Shown here one piece after another: positions 1 to 8,912 of a DNA stretch of 64,000 nt. Source of the stretch: Thiohalobacter sp. (GTDB lineage: Bacteria; Pseudomonadota; Gammaproteobacteria; DSM-19610); the NCBI GenBank assembly GCA_026984835.1, contig JALSRI010000178.1:10430-74429 (forward strand), written 5' to 3'. The position numbers were made by a program, and so were the translations under genes. Below the pieces are notes generated by a model. The model was not told the DNA's origin. It ran no database searches and saw nothing but the letters and a program-made list of their open reading frames with translations. Every line of letters begins with the position of its first letter. The stretch's first letter is position 1.

Positions 1-645
1 CACGGCCTGAGCGGCAAGCCCTACCAGCCGCAGGCCTATGGCCGGAAACTGGTGGGCGACGCCATGGCGCTGCTCGATCACCTCGGTATCGAATCGGCCT
101 GGCTGGGGGGCTATTCGCTGGGTGGCTATGTCGCCCTGCGCGCCAGTGCCGATCACCCGCGCCGCATCCGCGGCGCCGTGTTGATCGGTGCCGGCTGGCA
201 GGACCCGGACGACGAGGCATTCTTCACGGCACTCGACGACTATGCCGCACGCCTGGAACGCGGCGCCGAGACGCGGCCGCTGATGTCCTACCTGGGCGAC
301 GTGCCGCGTTCGCCCGGCCCGCTGCATCTCGCCATCGAACGCCTCATGCTGGGCGTGTTCAACGACAGGCGCGCGCTGGCGGCGCTGGTCAGGAGCCTGC
401 ACGATCTGACGCTGAGCGAGGCGGAACTGCGCCGGCTGACGGTCCCGCTGTGCATCATCGTCGGCACCAGGGATCCCTTGCTGCGCGAGGCCAGGGCGCT
501 GGCTGCGCGTGCGCCGCGTGCCTCGCTGCACCTCGTCGAAGGCGCCGATCACATCATGGCGGCGTTCCGGCGCGAGACCCGGCGGCAGTTCCGGCGATGC
601 CTGGCGCGATGGGAGCTTGATATGGATCAGAACAGCCCCCAATAG
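1..645 (+). CDS. alpha/beta hydrolase fold protein (5' end outside window)
   Basis: Frame 1 is open from base 1. GYSLGGY nucleophile-elbow motif (GxSxG), then a C-terminal D/H region (GADHIM). Confidence 0.7.
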   Translation, partial: HGLSGKPYQPQAYGRKLVGDAMALLDHLGIESAWLGGYSLGGYVALRASADHPRRIRGAVLIGAGWQDPDDEAFFTALDDYAARLERGAETRPLMSYLGDVPRSPGPLHLAIERLMLGVFNDRRALAALVRSLHDLTLSEAELRRLTVPLCIIVGTRDPLLREARALAARAPRASLHLVEGADHIMAAFRRETRRQFRRCLARWELDMDQNSPQ

Positions 646-717
646 TGCTTTTACGGCCACCCCGAAGGTGGTAGTTTGAGCGTACGAGCTTGTGGATCTG
701 CGAAAGGGGGTTCAACC

Positions 718-1041
718 ATGGCTGACGAAAGACTGCAGAAAGAGATCGATGCGATCCGTGCGGACGTCGCGAAGCTGAGCGAGGACATGGCGGAACTCAC
801 GCGCGTGATTCGCACGCTGGGCGTCGAGAAGGCCGGGGAAGTCAAGGATCGGGTCGGCGAGGGGGTGGACGGCGTCAGCGAGGAACTGCGCCGGCGCGTC
901 GAAGCGGCCCGCGAGCGGGCCGGCAAGGCCACCGAGGGTTTCGAGAAGACCGTGGAGCAGTATCCCATGAGCAGCCTGCTGGCGGCCTTCGGCGTGGGCA
1001 TGATCGTGGCCCGCCTGCTGGATTCGGGGGGACGGCGCTGA
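718..1041 (+). CDS. DUF883 / ElaB-YqjD-like membrane-anchored stress protein
   Basis: MADERLQKEIDAIRADVAKL coiled N-terminus and a C-terminal hydrophobic anchor (LLAAFGVGMIVARLL). ATG at 718 preferred over the upstream start at 676, with GGGGG 7 nt upstream. Confidence 0.6.
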   Translation: MADERLQKEIDAIRADVAKLSEDMAELTRVIRTLGVEKAGEVKDRVGEGVDGVSEELRRRVEAARERAGKATEGFEKTVEQYPMSSLLAAFGVGMIVARLLDSGGRR

Positions 1042-1100
1042 ACAACCTCTCGGAACTCGTCATCGCCTTCTTCGACCTGCTGGAGGCCGAGGGCAGGGCG

Positions 1101-1313
1101 TTGCAGCGGGGCGCATTGCGCACCGGTGTTGCGCTCGGGCTGCTGTCCCTGGCCGGCCTGCTGTCCCTGGCCGCCTTCGGTTTCCTGGTCTGGGCCCTGT
1201 ACGGATGGCTCGCGCTCAGTTTCACCCAGCCGGCCGCCGCCGCCCTGACCGGCCTGGCGATACTGTTGTTGACGGGGGTGCTGGCATGGCTGGCGATGCG
1301 CACGTCCCGCTGA
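1101..1313 (+). CDS. YqjE-like (phage holin family) small membrane protein
   Basis: Two hydrophobic helices. Sits second in a DUF883-type trio. The true start may lie upstream, since the frame stays open back to about 1038 and encodes LSELVIAFFDLLEAEGRAL. Confidence 0.45.
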   Translation: MQRGALRTGVALGLLSLAGLLSLAAFGFLVWALYGWLALSFTQPAAAALTGLAILLLTGVLAWLAMRTSR

Positions 1314-1510
1314 CCACCGGGCAGGCCAAGCAGCGGCTGCGCGAGGTGGCGCGCGACGCCGGCATCAGCGGCTGGACGCGCCGCCATCCCTACCACGCCG
1401 TGCTGGTGGCCATGATGGCCGGCCTGGCCGCCGGTGGCGCGCGCCGTTTCGACGACCGGCTGGCGCAGACGCTGCTGGCTGCGCTGCTCGGCGTGTCGCG
1501 GCTGCGATGA
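1286..1510 (+). CDS. YqjK-like small protein
   Basis: Third member of the trio. Internal ATG at 1286 overlaps the end of the previous gene. The stop overlaps the feoA ATG (ATGA). Confidence 0.35.
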   Translation: MAGDAHVPLTTGQAKQRLREVARDAGISGWTRRHPYHAVLVAMMAGLAAGGARRFDDRLAQTLLAALLGVSRLR

Positions 1511-1968
1511 CGGCGCGCCCGGTGCTGCTGCCCGGCACGCAATGTGTAATCGAGGACTTCGGTGACGACGGCGCCCTGACGCGCCACCTGCTGGAAATCG
1601 GTATCACGCCCGGCCTGCAGCTGACCATCGTGCGGCGCGGGCCTTTTGGCGACCCGGTGGAAGTGGCCATGCCCGGCACCCATTCCGTGGTCCTGCGCAG
1701 CGGCGAACTGGCCTCGCTGCGCTGCCGTTTCGTCTCCGGTCCGCTGGCGGCGCTGCCCTGTTCGGCGACCGGGCGCTACCGCGTACGTGCGCTGCAGGGC
1801 GGGCAGCGCCACACCCGGCGTGTCGCCGGGTACGGCCTGCGGCCCGGCCGGGAATTCAGCCTGCTGCCGTGCAGCCGCGGCCGCTACCGGCTTCGCATCG
1901 GGGCCGACGCCCCGGTCGTCGAGCTGGGACGCGGAGAAGCCGCCCGCCTGATCGTCGAGCCGGCCTGA
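1507..1968 (+). CDS. feoA: FeoA-domain protein with tandem FeoA repeats
   Basis: Two SH3-like FeoA segments (LLEIGITPGLQLTIVRRGPFGDPVEV and GYGLRPGREFSLL...RLRIG), directly upstream of feoB. Confidence 0.7.
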   Translation: MTARPVLLPGTQCVIEDFGDDGALTRHLLEIGITPGLQLTIVRRGPFGDPVEVAMPGTHSVVLRSGELASLRCRFVSGPLAALPCSATGRYRVRALQGGQRHTRRVAGYGLRPGREFSLLPCSRGRYRLRIGADAPVVELGRGEAARLIVEPA

Positions 1969-1979
1969 GAGGTGGCCAG

Positions 1980-4007
1980 GTGACGGAGCAGCGCCGCAGC
2001 GTCACGGTCGCCCTCGCCGCCATACCCAACACCGGCAAGACCACCCTGTTCAACCAGCTCACGGGGGCGCGTCAGAGCGTCGGCAACTGGGCCGGCGTGA
2101 CGGTGGCGCGGCGGGTGGGTCATTTCGAGCTGGGCGACTACGATGTCGAGCTGGTCGACCTGCCCGGCGCCTATTCCATCAGCCCCACCACCGAAGAGCA
2201 GCGCATCGTCGAGCGCTACCTGATGCAGACGCCCCCCGACGTGGTGCTCAACCTGCTCGACGCCCGCAACCTGTACCGCGGCCTCGGGCTGACCCTGCAA
2301 CTGGCCATGAGCGGCCTGCCCACGGTGGTGGCGGTGAACATGATGGACGAGGCGCGGCGCCAGGGCCTGGATATCGACATCGACGCCCTGTCACGGCACC
2401 TGGGCATGCCCGTGGTGCCCATCGTGGCGCGCAGCGGCGAAGGGCTGGAACAGCTCAAGGCCGCGCTGCGGGAGGTGATCGAACATCCGGAGACCGAGCA
2501 TCCGCCGCACATCTCCTTCCCGCCGGTGGTCGAGGAACAGGTCATGGAACTGGCGCGCCGCATCGACGCCTTGCCGGAGCGGCCGCCGCTGGACGAGAGT
2601 CTCATCGCCCTGCAACTGCTGAAGGGGGAGGGTGAGCAGGAAGTGCTGGACCCACGCGTACCCGGTTCCGGGGCGGTCGTCGAGGAAGCCGCACGGCGAC
2701 GCCGGACCATAGAGGCCGTGACCGGCCAGCCGTTTGCCACCACCTGCGCCGAGTGCCGCTTCAACGCGGCCCGCGGCCTGGCCATGGAGGCGACCCATGC
2801 CCTGCCGCGGGTCCGCGACGCCGTCGCCAACCGCCTGGACGCGGTGCTGCTGCACCCGCTGTTTGGCCTGCCGCTCTTTTTCCTCATCATGTTCGTGCTG
2901 CTGCAGGTGATCTACGCCATCGGTTTTCCCCTCCAGGATGCGGTGTCGAGCCTGTTCGCGGCCCTGGACGGCTGGTTGCGCGCGCTGGCGCCGCTGCGGG
3001 CCCTGCCGCCCCTGCTGCGCAGCTTCCTGCTCGACGGCCTGGTGGCGGGCGTCGGCGTGGTGGTGACCTTCTTCCCGCTGCTGGCGGTGTTCTTCGTGCT
3101 CATGTCGGTCATGGAGGGCAGCGGCTACATCGCCCGCGCCGCCTTTCTGATGGACCGGCTGATGCATGCGCTGGGACTGGACGGCAAGGCGTTCATCAAC
3201 ATCCTGCTCGGCTACGGCTGCAACGTGCCGGCGGTGATGGGCACCCGTATTCTGTCCAGTCACCACAACCGCATCGTCGCCATGCTGCTGGTGCCGTTCT
3301 CGCTGTGCAGCGCGCGACTGCAGGTGTTTGTGTTCCTGTCGGCCATCCTGTTCGCGCCGTCCACGGCGGCGCTGGTGTTGTTCGGCTTGTACGCGGGCAG
3401 CTTCCTGGCGGTGGTGCTGGTGGGGCTGGTGCTCAAGGCCCTGCGCATCGGCGGCCGGCCCGAGCCCTTCATCATGGAGCTGCCACCCTACCGCGTGCCC
3501 TTGCTGCGCAGCGTGCTGCTGCGCGCCTGGCAGGAGATCCGGGCCTTCCTGCGCCGCGCCGCGACCCTGATCCTGTCCGGCGTGGTGGTGGTGTGGCTGC
3601 TGACCCACGTGCCGGCAGACGTTCCGCCGGGCAGCGCCGGGACCCTGGCCGGCCGGCTCGGCCAGTCGCTGGCCTTCCTGTTCCAGCCGCTCGGCATCCA
3701 CTGGCAGGAGACGGTGGCGCTGATGTTCGGCTTCATCGCCAAGGAGATCGTCATCGGCTCCATGGCGGTGATCCATGGCGGCGGCGACCTGGCCGCGCAG
3801 ATCGAACGGCTGGTGACGCCGCTGCAGGGCCTGAGCTTCATGGTGTTCACCCTGTTGTACACGCCGTGCGTGGCGACCGTGGCGAGTATCCAGGCGGAGT
3901 CGCATTCGTGGAAGGTGACGGCCCTGTCGGTCGGCCAGGGACTGGCGCTGGCCTGGCTGGCCAGCTTCCTGGTCTACCAGGGCGGGCGCCTGCTGGGCTA
4001 CGCCTGA
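1980..4007 (+). CDS. feoB: ferrous iron transporter FeoB
   Basis: N-terminal G-domain (AIPNTGKTTLFNQLTG, DLPG) followed by a polytopic membrane domain. GTG at 1980 chosen because the upstream part of ORF 1869-4007 is Arg/Pro-rich and overlaps feoA. Confidence 0.9.
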   Translation: MTEQRRSVTVALAAIPNTGKTTLFNQLTGARQSVGNWAGVTVARRVGHFELGDYDVELVDLPGAYSISPTTEEQRIVERYLMQTPPDVVLNLLDARNLYRGLGLTLQLAMSGLPTVVAVNMMDEARRQGLDIDIDALSRHLGMPVVPIVARSGEGLEQLKAALREVIEHPETEHPPHISFPPVVEEQVMELARRIDALPERPPLDESLIALQLLKGEGEQEVLDPRVPGSGAVVEEAARRRRTIEAVTGQPFATTCAECRFNAARGLAMEATHALPRVRDAVANRLDAVLLHPLFGLPLFFLIMFVLLQVIYAIGFPLQDAVSSLFAALDGWLRALAPLRALPPLLRSFLLDGLVAGVGVVVTFFPLLAVFFVLMSVMEGSGYIARAAFLMDRLMHALGLDGKAFINILLGYGCNVPAVMGTRILSSHHNRIVAMLLVPFSLCSARLQVFVFLSAILFAPSTAALVLFGLYAGSFLAVVLVGLVLKALRIGGRPEPFIMELPPYRVPLLRSVLLRAWQEIRAFLRRAATLILSGVVVVWLLTHVPADVPPGSAGTLAGRLGQSLAFLFQPLGIHWQETVALMFGFIAKEIVIGSMAVIHGGGDLAAQIERLVTPLQGLSFMVFTLLYTPCVATVASIQAESHSWKVTALSVGQGLALAWLASFLVYQGGRLLGYA

Positions 4008-4024
4008 GGCCCCGGTCGGCGGGC

Positions 4025-4864
4025 TCAGCCGCCGTCGCCGTGTGCCAGGGCGTGGTACTTGCAGCGGATGGCGTCGATGTCGACGCGCGCCGGCGGCAGC
4101 TTCATGTCCAGGGATTCCAGCGTTTCCTGCACGATGCGCGAGATCACCAGGTTGCGATACCACTTGTGGTCGGCGGGGATCACGAACCAGGGCGCATGCC
4201 GGGTGCTGCATTTCTCCAGCGCGTCTTCGTAGGCGCGCTGGTAGTCGTCCCAGAACGCCCGTTCCGAGTAGTCCGATTCGCTGATCTTCCAGTGCTTGGA
4301 CGCATCTTCCAGACGCTTGCCGAAACGCTCCAGCTGCTCTTCCTTGCTGATGTGCAGGAAGAACTTCAGTATGCGCACGCCGCTGTCGGCGAGCTGTTTC
4401 TCGAAGGCGTTGATGGCCGCGTAGCGCTTCGACCAGACCTTTTTCCTGACCAGTTCGTGCACGCGCACCACCAGCACATCCTCGTAGTGCGAGCGGTTGA
4501 AGATGACCACCTCGCCGCGCCGCGGCGTCACCTTGTGCACCCGCCACAGGAAGTCGTGCGCCGCCTCCTCTTCGGTCGGCGCCTTGAAGGGCTGCACCCG
4601 GCAGCCCTGCGGATTCATATGACCGAGTACGTGGCGTATGGTGCCGTCCTTGCCGCCGGCGTCCATGGCCTGCAGGCAGATCAGCAGGGCATGGCGGTTC
4701 TCTGCATACAGCAGGTACTGGAGTTCGCGCAGGCGCTGGTTGGCCTGCACGATTTCCGCGCGGGCCTGCTGCTTGTCGCTCTTGCCGTCGGTGTCGCCGG
4801 GGTCGATGCGGTCCAGCCTGAGCTTCGAACCCGGTTCCACGCGGTATTTCCTGGTGTAGTCCAC
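4025..4864 (-). CDS. polyphosphate kinase 2 family protein (polyP:nucleotide phosphotransferase)
   Basis: PPK2 hallmarks: LICLQAMDAGGKDG Walker-A-like loop, FNRSHYEDVL, WYRN. Confidence 0.85.
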   Translation of the reverse strand: MDYTRKYRVEPGSKLRLDRIDPGDTDGKSDKQQARAEIVQANQRLRELQYLLYAENRHALLICLQAMDAGGKDGTIRHVLGHMNPQGCRVQPFKAPTEEEAAHDFLWRVHKVTPRRGEVVIFNRSHYEDVLVVRVHELVRKKVWSKRYAAINAFEKQLADSGVRILKFFLHISKEEQLERFGKRLEDASKHWKISESDYSERAFWDDYQRAYEDALEKCSTRHAPWFVIPADHKWYRNLVISRIVQETLESLDMKLPPARVDIDAIRCKYHALAHGDGG

Positions 4865-4885
4865 TGTTTTCCTCCTTCCGTCGTA

Positions 4886-7582
4886 TCAATGCTGCCGCCG
4901 CCAGCGCAGCCATTTCCAGGTTTCCATGAAAACGAACACGGGTAGCGCGATGGCGAAGATCAGGGCCCAGTCCACCCAGCCCAGCGTCACGGTGTGCAGG
5001 GCGTCCTGGAGCACGGGCAGGTAGACGGCGCCTACCTGCAGGCCCACGGTTGCCAGCCAGGCGCCCAGCACCCAGGGATTGGTGAAGAAGCCGATCACCG
5101 CCACCGGTTCCGCCAGGGCGCGGAAATTGAAGACGTTCATCTTCTCCAGCACGATGATGCCGGTGAAGGCCACGGTCTGGGCCAGGGCGACGGCCTCTTC
5201 CCCGCCGGTCTGCAGGTAATGGTGGAACAGCCACAGGGTTCCGGTGGCGATGTAGACCCCCAGCGCCAGGATCATCAGCATGCCGGTCCGGTCGAGGATG
5301 GGCTGGCGTGCGGCGCGCGGCGGGCGCTGCATGACGCCCTTCTCGGCCGGCTCCAGGCCCAGGGCCACGGCCGTCATGCCGTCGGTCACCAGGTTCATCC
5401 ACAGGATCTGCACCGGCAGTAGAACCAGAGGGCCGCCCAGCACGATGTTGACGAAGATGGCCAGTACTTCGCCGGTATTGGAGGACAGCAGGTAGCGCAC
5501 GAACTTCTGGATATTGTCGTACTGGCGCCGGCCCTCCTCGACGGCGCCGATGATGGAGGCGAAGTTGTCGTCGGTGAGCACCATGTCGGCGGCGCCCCTG
5601 GCCACGTCGGTGCCGCGCAGGCCCATGGCGATGCCGATGTCGGCCTTCTTCAGCGCCGGGGCGTCGTTGACGCCGTCACCGGTCATGGCCACCACCTCGC
5701 CCAGTCCCTGCAGCAGGGTGACGATGCGCAGCTTGTTGGCCGGCGTGGTGCGGGCGAACAGGACGTGGCCGCTCAGTGCCTGCTTCAGGTCCTCGTCGTC
5801 CAGTGTATCCAGTTCCCGGCCCGTGATGGCGCGTTCCACCGGCAGGCCGATGCGCCGGGCTATGGCCAGGGCGGTGGCGGCGGCGTCGCCGGTTATCATG
5901 AGCGGGCGGATGCCGGCGCCGCGCGCCAGCTCGACGGCCCGCGGCACTTCCGGACGCGGCGGGTCGATGATGCCGACCACGCCCAGCAGGGTGAGTTCGT
6001 TCTCCACCGCGTCCTCGTCGAGGTGGATATCGGGGGGCAGGGTGCGGCGCGCCAGCGCCAGGGTGCGCAGCCCGGATTCGGCCATGGCCGTGTAGGCCTG
6101 CGTGACGGCGGCGCGGCCGGCGTCGTCCAGTTCCCGCTCGACGCCGTCGACGAGCATGCGCGTCGAGCGTTCCAGGATGACCTCGGTCGCCCCCTTGACG
6201 AAGGCCACCATGCCCCCGGGGCGGTGCTCGATGAGGGTCATGCGCTTGCGCAGGGAATTGAAGGAGAATTCGGTGACCGTGTGCGCCTCCGTATCCGGCG
6301 ACAGCCAGGCCTTGCAGGCGGCGACCACCAGCGCCGCCTCGGTGGGTTCGCCGATCTGGTGCCAGCCGCGCTCGTCGCGTTCGATGCGGGCGTGGTTGCA
6401 GCGCAGGCCCGTTTCCAGCAGCGCCAGCAGATCGGTGCGCCGCCGGTAGTCGATCTTCCTGCCGTCCACTTCGAAATGGCCGGCCGGGTCGTAGCCGCTG
6501 CCCGTGACCTCGACTTCTCCGGCCGGCAGCCAGATGCGACGCACGGTCATCTCGTTCCTGGTCAGGGTACCGGTCTTGTCGGTGCAGATTACGGTAGCCG
6601 CGCCCAGGGTCTCGGCCGCCTGCAGGCGACGCAGCAGGGCCTTGCGGCGCACCATGGCGCGGATGCCCAGCGCCAGTGTAATGGTCACCACGGCCGGCAG
6701 CCCCTCCGGCACCACTGCCACCGCCAGGGAGACGCCGGTGAGGAACATCTCCAGCAGCGGCTTGCCCAGCAGCCAGCCGGTCGCTGCGACCACGACGGAG
6801 ACGGCGACCGAGAACAGCCCCAGCTGCTGGCCCAGCACCGCCAGCTTGTGCTGCAGCGGCGTGGTTTCCTCGCCGACGCTCTGGGTGAGGCGGGCGATAC
6901 GGCCGAATTCCGTGTCCATGCCGGTCGCGACGACCAGGCCGCGTCCGCGTCCGTTGGTGATGCTGGTGCCCATCCAGGCCATGCTGCGCCGCCCGGCCAG
7001 TGGCGTGTCGGCGGGCACGGGCTCCACGGCCTTGTGCACCGAGACCGACTCGCCGGTCAGTGCCGATTCGTCGGCCTTGAGATTGACGGCCTCGACCAGG
7101 CGCAGGTCGGCGGGCACGCGATCGCCGATCTCCAGCAGCACCAGGTCACCGGGCACCAGTTCGCCTGCATCGATCTCCAGCTCGTTGCCATTGCGCAGCA
7201 CGGTGCAGCGCGGAGACAGCATGCGCTGCAGTGCGGCCATGGCCTTTTCGGCCTTCCATTCCTGAACGAAACCCAGGACACCATTGAGACCGACGATGGC
7301 GAGTATGGTGAGGGCGTCGCCGGTCTCGCCGATGGTGAAGGAAATGACGGCGGCGACCAGCAGGATGAGGATGAGCACGTCGACGAACTGGCGCGCCAGC
7401 ACCTGATACCAGTGCTCGCGTCTGGCGACCTCGAGCACATTGGGGCCGTGTTCCACCAGGCGCCGCGCGGCGTCGGCGGCATCGAGGCCGTGGGCGGGAT
7501 CGGTCCGCAGCGCGGACGCCAGCACGGCCAGGGGCTGCGCGTGCCAGTCGCCGGCCGGCACTTCAGTCGCCATGCCGCTCAC
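4886..7582 (-). CDS. cation-transporting P-type ATPase (type IIA-like, Ca2+/Mg2+ class)
   Basis: ICTDKTGTLT phosphorylation motif, [26 protein letters not shown], ten predicted TM segments. Start is GTG 7582 or ATG 7573; both overlap the end of the upstream antiporter gene. Confidence 0.9.
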   Translation of the reverse strand: MSGMATEVPAGDWHAQPLAVLASALRTDPAHGLDAADAARRLVEHGPNVLEVARREHWYQVLARQFVDVLILILLVAAVISFTIGETGDALTILAIVGLNGVLGFVQEWKAEKAMAALQRMLSPRCTVLRNGNELEIDAGELVPGDLVLLEIGDRVPADLRLVEAVNLKADESALTGESVSVHKAVEPVPADTPLAGRRSMAWMGTSITNGRGRGLVVATGMDTEFGRIARLTQSVGEETTPLQHKLAVLGQQLGLFSVAVSVVVAATGWLLGKPLLEMFLTGVSLAVAVVPEGLPAVVTITLALGIRAMVRRKALLRRLQAAETLGAATVICTDKTGTLTRNEMTVRRIWLPAGEVEVTGSGYDPAGHFEVDGRKIDYRRRTDLLALLETGLRCNHARIERDERGWHQIGEPTEAALVVAACKAWLSPDTEAHTVTEFSFNSLRKRMTLIEHRPGGMVAFVKGATEVILERSTRMLVDGVERELDDAGRAAVTQAYTAMAESGLRTLALARRTLPPDIHLDEDAVENELTLLGVVGIIDPPRPEVPRAVELARGAGIRPLMITGDAAATALAIARRIGLPVERAITGRELDTLDDEDLKQALSGHVLFARTTPANKLRIVTLLQGLGEVVAMTGDGVNDAPALKKADIGIAMGLRGTDVARGAADMVLTDDNFASIIGAVEEGRRQYDNIQKFVRYLLSSNTGEVLAIFVNIVLGGPLVLLPVQILWMNLVTDGMTAVALGLEPAEKGVMQRPPRAARQPILDRTGMLMILALGVYIATGTLWLFHHYLQTGGEEAVALAQTVAFTGIIVLEKMNVFNFRALAEPVAVIGFFTNPWVLGAWLATVGLQVGAVYLPVLQDALHTVTLGWVDWALIFAIALPVFVFMETWKWLRWRRQH

Positions 7583-8816
7583 CCTTCCCGGGCAGTGCTT
7601 GCGGCTTTCGCCGCAGTTCCTCGCCCCAGCTGCGCACCAGCAGGGTAAAGGCGAGCGGCACCACCAGTGTCGATACCGAGGAGGCGGCGACCAGGGCGGT
7701 GAACAGCTTGATATCGATCAGCCGCGCGTCGAGCAGCAGCTTGGCGACGATGATCTCGGTGGTCAGGCGCGCGTTCAGCCCGATGCCGATGGTCCAGGCT
7801 TCGCGCACATCGATCTTGCCCATCGGCACCATGACGAAGATCCCCAGCAGCTTGCCGACGAAGGCGGCGAGAAACAGCAGCAGGGCGAGCTCCGGTTGCC
7901 GCAGCATGCCCTCCAGGTCCACGCTCAGGCCGACCCAGAAGAAGAATACCAGGCCGAAGAAGCCGTAGCTGATGGCGCGCACCGCACGCGTGGCCTGGGC
8001 ACCGCCCTCGCCGGCGTGCCGGAACACGGGACCGAGCAGCACGCCGGCGGTGATGGCGCCGACCACGGTGCCGAGTTCGGAGTGCTGGGAGTAGCCACCG
8101 AGGCCGAACAGCACCAGCATGGTGAGCAGGATCAGGTTGCGCGGCCGTGGCGCCAGCCAGCGGGCGAGCTGCGGCAGGATCCAGCGGTAGCCGAGCCATG
8201 CCACCAGGGCGAACACCAGCAGGCTGACGACGACGTCGAGTACCTCGCGCTCCGTGGCCATGATGGCGCCGCTCTTTTCGCCGATCCACACCGATACCAG
8301 CGCGACCAGGAATACCTCGATCACGTCGTCCAGCACGCCGGCGCCGACGATGAATTCGCCCACCCGCGTGCGGACGAGCTGGAATTCGTCGAGGATGGGG
8401 ACGATCACCGCCTCCGCTGTCGGCATGCGTGTAAGACCGATGATGAAGGCGATGCCCCAGCCGTAGCCCAGCGCCCACATCACCAGCACGCCGAGCAGGA
8501 ACGGTACGCCGGTGTTGAGCACCGTGGCCCAGACGATGTCCCGGCTGAGCCTGCGCATCTCTCCCAGGTCGATCTGGAGGCCGATGAAGAACAGCAGGAA
8601 CAGGACCCCGAGCTGGGCCAGGAACGCGAACGCATCTCCCAGTGGCGCCCGGACGAGTTCGACGTGGAGCGGGGTGTAGTGCACCGCCATCGCCACGAAC
8701 AGGGCGCCGAGGATGCCGGGGATGCGCAGCCTTTCCAGCAGGCCTGCGAGGCCGAAGGTCAGGCCGAACAGAACCGCCAGCAGCAGGAGCAGCAAGCCTG
8801 TCTCGCTTTCACTCAT
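7563..8816 (-). CDS. cation:proton antiporter (CPA2 / Kef-NapA-like)
   Basis: 417 aa polytopic membrane protein with Na_H_Exchanger-like helices throughout. No RCK domain visible. Confidence 0.75.
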   Translation of the reverse strand: MSESETGLLLLLLAVLFGLTFGLAGLLERLRIPGILGALFVAMAVHYTPLHVELVRAPLGDAFAFLAQLGVLFLLFFIGLQIDLGEMRRLSRDIVWATVLNTGVPFLLGVLVMWALGYGWGIAFIIGLTRMPTAEAVIVPILDEFQLVRTRVGEFIVGAGVLDDVIEVFLVALVSVWIGEKSGAIMATEREVLDVVVSLLVFALVAWLGYRWILPQLARWLAPRPRNLILLTMLVLFGLGGYSQHSELGTVVGAITAGVLLGPVFRHAGEGGAQATRAVRAISYGFFGLVFFFWVGLSVDLEGMLRQPELALLLFLAAFVGKLLGIFVMVPMGKIDVREAWTIGIGLNARLTTEIIVAKLLLDARLIDIKLFTALVAASSVSTLVVPLAFTLLVRSWGEELRRKPQALPGKGERHGD

Positions 8817-8912
8817 CTATCCTGTTTCTCCTGGCAGGGCTCCGGCAGCAGGGCATTGCCCCGACGGAGTACTCCCGCCAGGGTTCAGCCACGCCGGTTG
8901 GCAGCCGGGGGC

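Noticed and set aside
657-671. CCACC-ccgaa-GGTGG hairpin after the hydrolase gene, as an intrinsic terminator.
   Set aside because: The stem is only 5 bp and the T-run is short and interrupted, so support is insufficient.
2391-5402. Very long ORFs antisense to, or out of frame with, the called genes. Examples: 2391-5402 (1003 aa), 7440-10463 (1007 aa), 17109-19673 (854 aa), 50272-53091 (939 aa), 59756-61780 (674 aa).
   Set aside because: Their translations are Arg/Gly/Pro/Ala/His-rich low-complexity strings with no recognisable motifs. Each overlaps a gene with strong family signatures on another frame. This is the expected absence of stop codons in roughly 68% GC DNA.
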